A stretch of 10,679 nucleotides of DNA from a virus (taxonomy: Duplodnaviria > Heunggongvirae > Uroviricota > Caudoviricetes): IMG/VR virus record IMGVR_UViG_2602041568_000012; one strand, written 5' to 3'. The translations under genes were made by a program, and so were the position numbers. Below the pieces are notes generated by a model that saw only the letters and a list, made by a program, of their open reading frames with translations, did no database searches and was not told the origin of the DNA. This document shows, in pieces, positions 1 through 7,768 of the stretch (within the stretch, counting starts at the first letter, position 1; each line of letters begins with the position of its first letter).

Positions 1-40
1 TCTGAACATAAAACACTATCAGTAAGTTGGAGTCATTACC

Positions 41-67
41 AAAATCCCCTCTCCGGTAAGAGAAGGG
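41..67 (-). terminator. Putative rho-independent terminator about 10 nt downstream of the MFS transporter stop codon
   Basis: Plus strand has arms ccccctctc (46..53) and gagaaggg (60..67) around loop cggtaa, pairing 7 of 8; on the minus strand the hairpin is followed by AUUUU (plus-strand aaaat at 41..45). Seen directly in the sequence; the U-tract is short. Confidence 0.4.
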
Positions 68-76
68 ATTAAGGGT

Positions 77-1360
77 TTACAGACTTCTGGAAGGTTGCGC
101 AGCTCTTACAACACGCGGTTGATCTTCCGCAGCGTCTTCCAGCGCACTTAAATCACGGTCTTTCACCTCTGGCATTTTCAGCGCAGAGATTAAACCAATC
201 ACTGAATATGCCATGATCATAATGGCGATCGGATACCAGGATTCCGTCATGGTGCAGAAAATACCCGCCAGGATAGGACCAAAACCGGAAGCGATAAGAC
301 CACCAATTTCTTTAGAAATAGCCATCCGGGTAAAGCGGTTTTTACAGCCGAACATTTCTGCCATGGTAATGTTTTCCAGAGCAAATAATCCCAGCACCGC
401 ACAGTTATGAATCACAATCAGTGCAACCATAATGGTGCTCGGGGCATAGCTTTTATCTACAATGATAGAAAGCATTGGCCATGCCAGCACAATCGCGGAG
501 GTATTCATAATAATATACGGGATCCGGCGACCAATTTTATCGGATAACCAACCAAGGAACGGAATGGTCATAAAGCCGAGAATCGAACTGATCATCAATG
601 CATCTGTTGGAATTGCTTTGTTAAACAATAACGTCTGCACTAAATAGCCTGCAAGGAAAGTCTGAATTAACCCGGAGTTACCCGCCTGACCAAAACGCAG
701 CCCTGTTGCCAGCCAGAAGGATTTGCTCTGGAACATGCTACCAGCAGGTGCAGGTTTTGCTGTCGGTTGGTTACTGTCGTTAACCTTCTCAAAGACCGGG
801 CTTTCTTTCAGATTCATACGCAACCAGATAGCAAAGACCATCACGACAACACTCGCCAGGAACGGTATACGCCATCCCCACGCCAGCAGTTCCTCTTTAC
901 TGAGAATGAAGAACATAAAGGCCCAGATTGCCGTTGCGCTCAAGGTTCCGCAGTTAGTTCCCATAGCCACAAATGAGGAGATAATTCCGCGCTTACCTTT
1001 TGGCGCATATTCCGCCAGCATCGTACCGGCACCGGAAATTTCCGCACCTGCACCCAACCCCTGAATAATACGCAACGTCACCAGCAAGATGGGTGCAAAA
1101 ACACCAATCTGTGCATAGGTCGGTAACACACCAATTAAGGTGGTACAGATCCCCATCATGGTGATGGTAATAAAGAGCACTTTTTTACGCCCTATTCTGT
1201 CGCCCATTTTGCCGAAAATAAATGCTCCGACAATACGCGCCACATAACCTGCACCGTAGGTTCCCATTGCCAGAATTAACGCCATTGCCGTTGATGATTC
1301 AGGAAAAAATATTTCATGAAACACTAACGCTGCGCCGAGCGAATATAACTGGAAATCCAT
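77..1360 (-). CDS. ydfJ: MFS transporter of the metabolite:H+ symporter type, apparently N-terminally truncated (possible pseudogene)
   Basis: 427-aa ORF with many hydrophobic segments and the MFS loop signature G-D-R-I-G-R-K-K at residues about 52..59. It starts MDFQLYSLGAALVFHEIFFP, which lies inside the conserved TM1 motif of this family (compare WYDF..ALVF..FFP in ShiA/KgtP, recalled from memory), so roughly 20-30 N-terminal residues are missing. An in-frame stop sits two codons upstream (plus 1364..1366 tca) and there is no Shine-Dalgarno upstream of the ATG. Synteny with ydfK and pin matches the Qin prophage junction in E. coli K-12. Confidence 0.8.
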   Translation of the reverse strand: MDFQLYSLGAALVFHEIFFPESSTAMALILAMGTYGAGYVARIVGAFIFGKMGDRIGRKKVLFITITMMGICTTLIGVLPTYAQIGVFAPILLVTLRIIQGLGAGAEISGAGTMLAEYAPKGKRGIISSFVAMGTNCGTLSATAIWAFMFFILSKEELLAWGWRIPFLASVVVMVFAIWLRMNLKESPVFEKVNDSNQPTAKPAPAGSMFQSKSFWLATGLRFGQAGNSGLIQTFLAGYLVQTLLFNKAIPTDALMISSILGFMTIPFLGWLSDKIGRRIPYIIMNTSAIVLAWPMLSIIVDKSYAPSTIMVALIVIHNCAVLGLFALENITMAEMFGCKNRFTRMAISKEIGGLIASGFGPILAGIFCTMTESWYPIAIMIMAYSVIGLISALKMPEVKDRDLSALEDAAEDQPRVVRAAQPSRSL

Positions 1361-1964
1361 AATTCACAGGTGTTTTTTCCCATCCTGTGGTTTCCTTGGC
1401 GTTTTCTAGGTTTTTTCAGATAGTTGCATTTTTTTAAAAAGCATCCTAAGTTCGATCTCAGTGTCTATCTGGGGCCTATTTCTGTCCCATATATGCCCCA
1501 AAAAAACTCCCCAACAGATAAGTAGTTTTTTCATGGATTTATGCGTAAAATCAAGAACGGCTGGAAATCATTCAATACTCACACTATCGAAAAATTTACC
1601 AGCCAATCGCAGCACGTTCTTGCATAAGGCGTGTCTGCGGTTTTTCAACTATTCAGATACATCACTCCCATCACATTCATTCCTCCGCATCAAAGGCATA
1701 TAGGCTATATCACCTTGATATTTTTCTTTTTCAGATAAAAACTGTTATCTATGTATACTTTTAAACCCAATCCGTGTAGAGTCTCTGCATAAGATAGTTT
1801 GCAGTTGCCGCTTCAGCTTGCGCCATAAACCGCCTGATTTTTGCTGCCACCTGTTAGCATTCCTGTATACCTGAAACGACAATGTTTATCTACGAACTTT
1901 AAGAACACCCAAGATAAAAATTGTCAACTATATCATATATAACACATTACTAATTCGAGGCTAT

Positions 1965-2078
1965 ATGAACAGCATACTGATAATCACATCTCTCCTTATC
2001 ATATTCAGCATTTTTAGTCATGCCCTAATAAAATTAGGGATTGGCATATCCAATAACCCAGACAAAACCGATGTATAA
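1965..2078 (+). CDS. Hypothetical small protein, 37 aa, with a predicted single transmembrane helix ([37 protein letters not shown])
   Basis: ATG at 1965 is preceded by GAGG (1957..1960) at good spacing; stop TAA at 2076..2078. The N-terminal 22 residues are strongly hydrophobic. Too short for the supplied ORF track. Against it: several rare ATA codons and AT-rich context, so it may be non-coding leader sequence. Confidence 0.2.
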
Positions 2079-2146
2079 GTCAACATATCCTGAATCAGAC
2101 ATACAATATCGCAATGAAAATCAATAATATTTTAAGGAATATCTTC

Positions 2147-2380
2147 ATGAAATCAAAAGACACCCTAAAGTGGTTCCCTGCGCAGCTTCCTGAAGTAAGA
2201 ATTATCCTAGGGGATGCTGTAGTGGAAGTAGCAAAACAGGGAAGACCTATCAATACCAGAACATTGCTTGATTACATTGAAGGAAACATAAAGAAAAAAT
2301 CATGGCTGGATAACAAAGAATTATTACAAACAGCGATATCAGTTCTTAAAGACAACCAAAATTTAAATGGTAAAATGTAA
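2147..2380 (+). CDS. ydfK: Prophage cold-shock-induced small protein of the YdfK/YnaE family (77 aa from this start; 88 aa if the upstream ATG at 2114 is used)
   Basis: The translation (MKSKDTLKWFPAQLPEVRIILGDAVVEVAKQGRPINTRTLLDYIEGN...) matches my recollection of E. coli YdfK/YnaE. AAGGA at 2134..2138 sits 8 nt upstream of the ATG at 2147, whereas the ATG at 2114 has no Shine-Dalgarno. Position between the transporter gene and pin fits Qin synteny. Confidence 0.8.
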   Translation: MKSKDTLKWFPAQLPEVRIILGDAVVEVAKQGRPINTRTLLDYIEGNIKKKSWLDNKELLQTAISVLKDNQNLNGKM

Positions 2381-2696
2381 TATAATAAACTTACTTTTTT
2401 ATCGTTTTTCCACTTTAACAACATTTTGCTCCACTTTTCCACGACCAAACAACTTGAAATCTGGTTAAAATAACACGCAACACTATTCTTCTTCCTTGAG
2501 TCCGCCCGGAACTCGAAAAACAAACCGAGTTAAAGCCATTTTTCACAAAATCGATTTTGGGTCTCACCAAAATTACGGGGTTGCATACGCATTCGTTTAT
2601 TTTCGAACGTGTACATACAAATATGCACAAAAATAATCATAATTATTTTCTGAGATGCATTATGATATGAACACCAATTTCGTATAGAGTCTCACT

Positions 2697-3287
2697 ATGT
2701 CTCAAATTTTTGCTTACTGTCGGATATCAACGCTGGATCAGACCACCGAAAATCAACGCCGGGAAATCGAAAGTGCAGGTTTTAAAATCAAACCTCAGCA
2801 AATAATCGAAGAACACATTAGCGGCTCAGCAGCAACCAGTGAGCGTCCTGGTTTTAACCGGTTGCTTGCTCGCCTGAAATGTGGTGATCAATTGATTGTG
2901 ACAAAACTGGATCGCCTTGGTTGTAATGCAATGGATATCAGGAAAACAGTGGAACAACTGACCGAAACAGGTATCAGAGTGCATTGCTTAGCATTGGGGG
3001 GTATTGACCTGACCAGTCCAACAGGAAAAATGATGATGCAAGTAATTTCAGCAGTCGCTGAATTTGAACGAGACCTTTTACTTGAACGCACTCATTCCGG
3101 GATAGTAAGAGCCCGCGGCGCAGGGAAACGTTTTGGTCGACCACCTGTGTTAAATGAAGAACAGAAACAGGCGGTATTCGAACGAATTAAGTCAGGTGTA
3201 AGTATAAGTGCCATTGCCCGGGAATTCAAAACCTCGCGGCAAACCATTTTAAGAGCCAAAGCAAAACTTCAGACACCTGACATATAA
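2697..3287 (+). CDS. pinQ: Serine recombinase of the resolvase/invertase family, PinQ/PinR-like (196 aa)
   Basis: N-terminal catalytic motif YCRISTLDQ with the nucleophilic serine near residue 11, and a C-terminal helix-turn-helix region ([20 protein letters not shown]). Near-identical to my recollection of E. coli PinR/PinQ, which cannot be told apart by memory; pinQ is chosen from the ydfJ/ydfK context. Convergent with tfa. Confidence 0.9.
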   Translation: MSQIFAYCRISTLDQTTENQRREIESAGFKIKPQQIIEEHISGSAATSERPGFNRLLARLKCGDQLIVTKLDRLGCNAMDIRKTVEQLTETGIRVHCLALGGIDLTSPTGKMMMQVISAVAEFERDLLLERTHSGIVRARGAGKRFGRPPVLNEEQKQAVFERIKSGVSISAIAREFKTSRQTILRAKAKLQTPDI

Positions 3288-3384
3288 AAAATAATCTCGG
3301 TGTGAGATGCTTTACGTCTTCCAAGCCCCCTTCCTTGCCGTAAATGGAAAGATACATCTAATTATAGAATTTATATGTTTTACC

Positions 3385-3960
3385 CTACGGCAGTGCTGGC
3401 CATTCAATATCCTGTGCAGTTGACGTATCAACACGGTTCAGCAATACCCGATACTTTTTCCATGCTTCCAGCAACGAGATTTCTTCCTCCGTTGCAATTT
3501 CCAGATCTGCAGCATCCTGAAGCGGCGCAATATGCTCACTGGCTACCTGCATCAGGTTGTTTTTTGTTTCTTCCGCCTCCCGGATCCGGAACAGTTTTTC
3601 TGCTTCCGTATCCTTCACCCAGGCTGTGCCGTTCCACTTCTGAAACTCCCCTTCCGGCGATAACCAGGTAACATTTTCCGGTAACGGACCGAGTTCAGAA
3701 ATAAATAACGCGTCGCCGGAAGCCACGTCATAAACCGTTTTACCCCGATGATCTTCAACGAGATGCCACGATGACTCATCACTGTTGAAAACAGCCACGA
3801 AGCCAGCCGGAATATCTGGCGGTGCAATATCGGTACTGTTTGCTGGCAGACCTGTATGAGGCGGAATATATGCATCACCTTCACCAATAAATTCATTAGT
3901 TCCGGCCAGCAGATTATAAATTTTTATGGTCCGTGGTTGTTCACTCATTCTGAATGCCAT
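3385..3960 (-). CDS. tfa: Tail fibre assembly protein (Tfa), 191 aa
   Basis: Translation [24 protein letters not shown]... matches the TfaQ/TfaR/lambda Tfa family from memory. It lies immediately downstream of stf, and its ATG overlaps the stf stop as TAATG (minus-strand view of 3958..3962). Confidence 0.9.
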
Positions 3961-6900
3961 TATGCAAGCCTCACAATATAGTTAAATGCGATGTTTTTGA
4001 CGGTGTTTTCCGCGTTACCAGCAGCGTTAACGGTGATGGTGTGTCCATGTGAACCAATCGCAACGGAGTGCGTATGAGCACCAATACCGACAGTATGTGC
4101 ATGTGCGCCTGCGCTTGCAGCAGTGCCGGACAGCGAGTGGGTATGAGCACCATCTGATGATGTCTTCCCTGCATTACGAGTCTGGCCACTACCGCTTGTT
4201 GTGCTCATAATCCCCGCGCTTGGATTTGAAATCGCGGTATAACCATTAGGGAAAATGCTCGTGTTCGTGCCACCAAATGCACCGGAACTCTTGTGTTGGT
4301 GCGCACCGGCACTATTTGCGGTCCCGCTAATACTATGGGTATGCGCCCCGGTGTTATTCGTGGATTTGGTTCCGTAATCAAACGACGATGTGGTTTTCGT
4401 CCCCAAATCCGTACTGGATGCGCTGGCGCTGTGGGTGTGCGATTTAATGCCGTCCTGTTCCTGAGATAATACGGCCCGACCACTGGCGGGCTTGCCCTTA
4501 ATCGTCCAGCCACGCATATCAGGGATCACGCCTGACGGATAAGCAACTGCAAGTTTCGGGTATGCAGATTTGTCAAAAGTCTGCCCCTGCATCAGGGCAT
4601 AACCAGACGGAACGGTATCTGATGGCCACGGGATTGGTGCACCGACTGGATAAAACTCTGCAGGAGGATGAGCCGAGGTGTAAAGCTGCGCCCACGGCGA
4701 CCAGTTTGCGTCGGTCGTATCCCGTCGTGAACGAATAAATGCCGGAGCATGAGCACCGCTTGTACCACTCCAGCCGATGAGTAACTCACCTTCGCCAACG
4801 GCTGTCATCCCTTTCAGGTGAATGATATTTCCATACGCTGTTGGATATCCGTTGTTATACACCTCGTATAACTCAAGACCTGCTGCCCCCTGCGTATTGT
4901 CTGTCAGCGCGGTTACCCGACCTTTTGAAGCCAGATTAACTGATGATACTGCTGTTCCACCTGACGGTAACGCCCCGATCTCTGATGCCGTTGGCTTATT
5001 TCTGGAGTTATAGTCCCTTCGCCAGCCAGGTGAATAATCTGTTCCGTGATTAATATAGGTAAACTGGGCGTTAGTTGTTCCACCACCAGTGGAGGTGGTC
5101 GGTGTGGTAATGCGGATCGTCATCGCTGACTTTATCCCCATTACTTCAATGACAGCTCCGGCGAGATGAATATTACCGCAGTCAGTATCAGTAATGATTT
5201 TATTATTGCCATAAGACCAGGAACCCTTGCACATCCAGTATGGATGGTTAAATGCTCCCTGAGAATCCAGCCACTCGATAAACTGTGCAGTCGTCCAGTT
5301 TCCTGTTGTTGTGCTTACTGACCCACCGAAGGCACGGCAGGCACCAATATTTTTCGTAAAGGTATCTTTGCCAGGGATATCCGCACCGTTCTGATCTTTC
5401 TGCAGACGTTTCTCAGCATTGTCATTGGCTGCTTTTACTGCCTTTGGTGTCGCGGCAAGCGTTTCAGACGTGCTGTTGGTCGCGCTGCTTAGCTGGATTA
5501 TCCCTTTCTGTGCTGTCGTTGCATCCTGTGCGGTGTATTTCCCGTTAGCCAGGTCATACGCGGCCTTAACGGCTTTTGGTGTTGCCGCCAGTGACTCGGA
5601 AGTGCTGTTAGTCGCACTACTGAGCTGTACTATCCCCTTTTTCGTCGTGCTCGCATCCTCAAGCGCCACGGCGGATGCAATATCCTCTGCCCGTTTTGCT
5701 GCTGTCTCGGCGCGCGTTGCTGCGGATTCTGCCGTACTTTTGCTCTGTGCTGCCGCTGCCGCACTGCCAGCAGCCTCTGTCGCCTTCGTGGATGCCGTCG
5801 TGGCGCTGCCCCTCGCTGCTGACGCCTGTCTGGTCGCCTCATCTTTTGAAGCAGACGCCGATGATGCCGATGACGCCGCCGAACTGGCGGACGATGCGGC
5901 AGCCGTTTTTGAGGATTCTGCGCTGGTTTCCGACGCTTTCGCGTTCGTTTCGGATGTCTTCGCTGCGGAAGCAGACCTCGCTGCTGCGCTGGCCTGTTCA
6001 GTGGCTTCGCCAGCCTTCGTTGTGGCTGTTGAAGCGGATGATGCGGCGCTTTCTGCCGATTTTCCGGCGGCGGTGGCACTGACTGCTGCCTCCTCTGCCT
6101 TAATGGACGCCTCACGGGCCGATGATGCAGCTGTTGTCTCAGAGTCTGCCGCAGCTGAGGCGCTCTGTCCCGCTGCCGTTTCAGAAGACCTGGCGTTCGT
6201 CTCTGACGTTTTTGCCGCCTTCGCGGAATTTCCTGCCGCTGTTGCCGAGGAAGCTGCGCTACTGGCGCTCGAGGATGCGTTCGTTTCTGATGATTTCGCT
6301 GCCTCTTTTGAGGCCGCCGCATCCCGGGCTGAGGTGGCAGCTTCTGACGCCTTCGTGGTCGCGGCGGATGCAGAAGTGGCTGCTGATTGTTGTGACGCTG
6401 CCGCATTCGTTTCTGACGTTTTCGCCGCAGCGGCACTGGTAGCTGCCGCGCTTTTTGAGGACTCTGCAGCAGCAGCACTTTTCGATGCTTCACTGGCCTT
6501 TGTTGATGCCGTTCCTGCGCTGGAAGATGCTGACTGAGCCGACGACGCGGCCTGTCCGGCTGACGTGCTGGCTGCGCGTGCTGAGCCTGCAGCATCAGTC
6601 GCATGGGTTGCCGCCTCACGGGCTGATGTGCTGGCATCGCTGGCTGACTTCTTCGCGGCTGCCGTGTTCTGTGCCACCGCGGACGCGTTACGCGCCACCT
6701 CTTCCACCATCAGTTCAAAACGGCGCAGTGCCTCAGGACGGGCATCATCCTCCGTCATGGCACCGAGAAAATCATTCAGCGTACCGGGTCGGGAATCTTC
6801 ATACACGGTGATGGTCCCGGCATGTGACGGCGGGAATCCCTCCACCAACAGAATAACGCTGTACTGCCCGTACTCAACGTCCATGCTGTAACGCCCGGCT

Positions 6901-7034
6901 TCATCCGGATTTTCTGAGGCCAGCGTGTTCACCACCACCGTGGTGCTGTTACGTTTTGCTTTCAGCTGGATTGTGCAGTTCTGTACCGGTTTTCCTGTGC
7001 CGTCTTTCAGTACACCTGAAATCCGTACTGCCAT
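3960..7034 (-). CDS. stf: Side tail fibre protein (Stf), 1024 aa, mosaic
   Basis: The N-terminus ([38 protein letters not shown]...) and C-terminus (...[31 protein letters not shown]) match lambda Stf/StfR as recalled. Between them are a long Ala/Ser/Thr-rich tract, a duplicated [14 protein letters not shown] fibre motif, a Cys-containing middle domain and His-rich HxH repeats. A G-rich Shine-Dalgarno (GGGGGG) precedes the ATG at 7032..7034. Confidence 0.9.
5430..5640. repeat. Tandem direct repeat of about 132 bp (roughly 1.6 copies) inside stf, encoding the duplicated motif [27 protein letters not shown] / [27 protein letters not shown]
   Basis: Plus-strand 5441..5510 and 5573..5643 align with mismatches; the corresponding peptide repeats are at Stf residues about 466..492 and 510..536. 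Seen directly. Confidence 0.8.
5655..6692 (-). repeat. Low-complexity Ala/Ser/Thr-rich coding tract of stf (about residues 115..460) with recurring KTSETNA / [10 protein letters not shown] units
   Basis: Translation is dominated by A, S, T, K and E, giving GCN/TCN-rich DNA with many short internal repeats. This tract is also the source of the long spurious ORFs in other frames and on the opposite strand. Confidence 0.85.
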
Positions 7035-7045
7035 ATTCCCCCCAC

Positions 7046-7071
7046 AAAAAAGCCCGCCTGAACCGGCGGGC
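7046..7071 (-). terminator. Rho-independent terminator between lom and stf, read on the minus strand
   Basis: Minus strand reads GCCCGCC-GGTTCA-GGCGGGC followed by TTTTTT (plus-strand arms 7052..7058 and 7065..7071, A-run 7046..7051). The U-tract ends only about 4 nt before the stf Shine-Dalgarno. Confidence 0.65.
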
Positions 7072-7098
7072 TGTCATAACACTGTGTTACCTGGCTAA

Positions 7099-7698
7099 TC
7101 AGAATTTATAACCGACACCCACGATGAAACCGTCAGTGCGCCAGTCACCACTGCCGGAGCCTTCATAAGCAATATCAATGGCCACGGATTCGGTCGGGTT
7201 AAACTGCACGCCAGCCCCCCACGCCAGAGACGTGTTGCTGTGGCGACCGTCATCACTTCCGGTCAGCACATCGTGCTTTTTCCCCTTGTTGTCAGTTACG
7301 CGGAGATAATCCCCGGAGAAAGTCGACACACGGCTGTAAGCCACACCCGCCATCGCATACGCGCTGAACCATTCATTCACGCGTACAGACGGCCCCGCCA
7401 TCACGCTGAACCAGCGGTTACGAACGGAATCTTCATGCCAGCGGGTATCGCTGTAACGGGTAAGCTGGCGATTCTTGTCTCCTGCATAGCTGAATGACGT
7501 CACCAGCCCCAGTGTGTCCGTAAACTCATAACGGTATTTCACGTTAATCCCGTTAAGATCATCGCTGCCGGGAACGTTCGTCGAGGCATGAAGATACCCC
7601 GCGCTCAGCGTGGACTGATGTTCAGATGCCCATGCAGGCGCACCGGATACGGCCAGACAAATGGCTGCGGACAAAATGGCGGCATAAAGTTTACGCAT
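7099..7698 (-). CDS. lom: Lom-like outer membrane protein (Ail/Lom/PagC/OmpX family), 199 aa
   Basis: Signal peptide [24 protein letters not shown]; C-terminus [25 protein letters not shown] ends in the aromatic residue typical of beta-barrel outer membrane proteins and closely matches lambda Lom as recalled. Located between J and stf as in lambda. Shine-Dalgarno GAGAGGT precedes the ATG. Confidence 0.88.
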   Translation of the reverse strand: MRKLYAAILSAAICLAVSGAPAWASEHQSTLSAGYLHASTNVPGSDDLNGINVKYRYEFTDTLGLVTSFSYAGDKNRQLTRYSDTRWHEDSVRNRWFSVMAGPSVRVNEWFSAYAMAGVAYSRVSTFSGDYLRVTDNKGKKHDVLTGSDDGRHSNTSLAWGAGVQFNPTESVAIDIAYEGSGSGDWRTDGFIVGVGYKF

Positions 7699-7722
7699 AA
7701 TTACCTCTCGCTTTTCTGCAAT

Positions 7723-7746
7723 AAAAAAGGCGTCATTCCTGACGCC
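7723..7746 (-). terminator. Rho-independent terminator between J and lom, read on the minus strand (possibly bidirectional)
   Basis: Minus strand reads GGCGTCA-GGAA-TGACGCC followed by TTTTTTATTG (plus-strand arms 7729..7735 and 7740..7746, A-run 7723..7728). The plus-strand reading is followed by CTTTATT. Confidence 0.65.
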
Positions 7747-7768
7747 CTTTATTGGGGTTATAAATATT

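Noticed and set aside
213-1064. Plus-strand ORFs inside the transporter gene (213..410, 462..647, 723..1064, 767..976)
   Set aside because: Antisense to, or out of frame within, a clearly supported MFS transporter coding region; no independent evidence.
1461-1703. 80-aa plus-strand ORF in the junction region
   Set aside because: It starts at a GTG with no Shine-Dalgarno, and the product is Ser/Leu/Lys-rich without motifs. Likely non-coding junction or leader DNA, though this cannot be fully excluded without comparative data.
1766-1785. Short direct repeat ccaatccgtgtagagtctc (1766..1785), repeated as ccaatttcgtatagagtctc (2674..2693) immediately upstream of the pin ATG
   Set aside because: A 12-of-13 core match between two sites in about 1.4 kb of AT-rich DNA is expected about once by chance by my rough estimate, so it is not significant alone. 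Kept as a note in case a motif search in related prophages recovers it.
1361-2113. tRNA or tmRNA gene at the prophage junction as integration target
   Set aside because: No tRNA-like sequence (acceptor stem, T-arm GTTC motif, CCA end) was seen by eye; the integration target appears to be the transporter coding sequence itself.
2272-2630. Minus-strand ORFs 2272..2523 and 2415..2630, overlapping or antisense to ydfK and the pin upstream region
   Set aside because: No ribosome-binding sites, AT-rich with odd composition (Phe/Cys/Lys-rich), and they overlap a well-supported gene on the opposite strand.
3294-3308. Small hairpin ATCTC-GGTGT-GAGAT just downstream of the pin stop
   Set aside because: Only a 5-bp AT-rich stem with no convincing U-tract; too weak to call a terminator.
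3375-3896. ORFs 3375..3671 (+) and 3615..3896 (-), overlapping tfa
   Set aside because: Alternate-frame or antisense ORFs within the well-supported tfa gene.
5655-6692. Possibility that the highly repetitive DNA is a CRISPR array or other non-coding tandem array
   Set aside because: The repeats are irregular, lie in frame within stf and encode the Ala/Ser-rich fibre shaft. There is no repeat-spacer periodicity and no cas genes in the window.
5419-6891. Long ORFs on the plus strand and in alternate minus frames within the Ala/Ser-rich part of stf (5419..6537 +, 5630..6637 -, 5675..6082 +, 6122..6442 +, 6455..6811 +, 6565..6891 +)
   Set aside because: They lie entirely within the stf coding region, whose GCN/TCN-rich low-complexity DNA lacks stops in several frames. 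Their products are Arg/Pro/Gln- or Ala-rich low-complexity strings with no start signals. Artefacts of composition.
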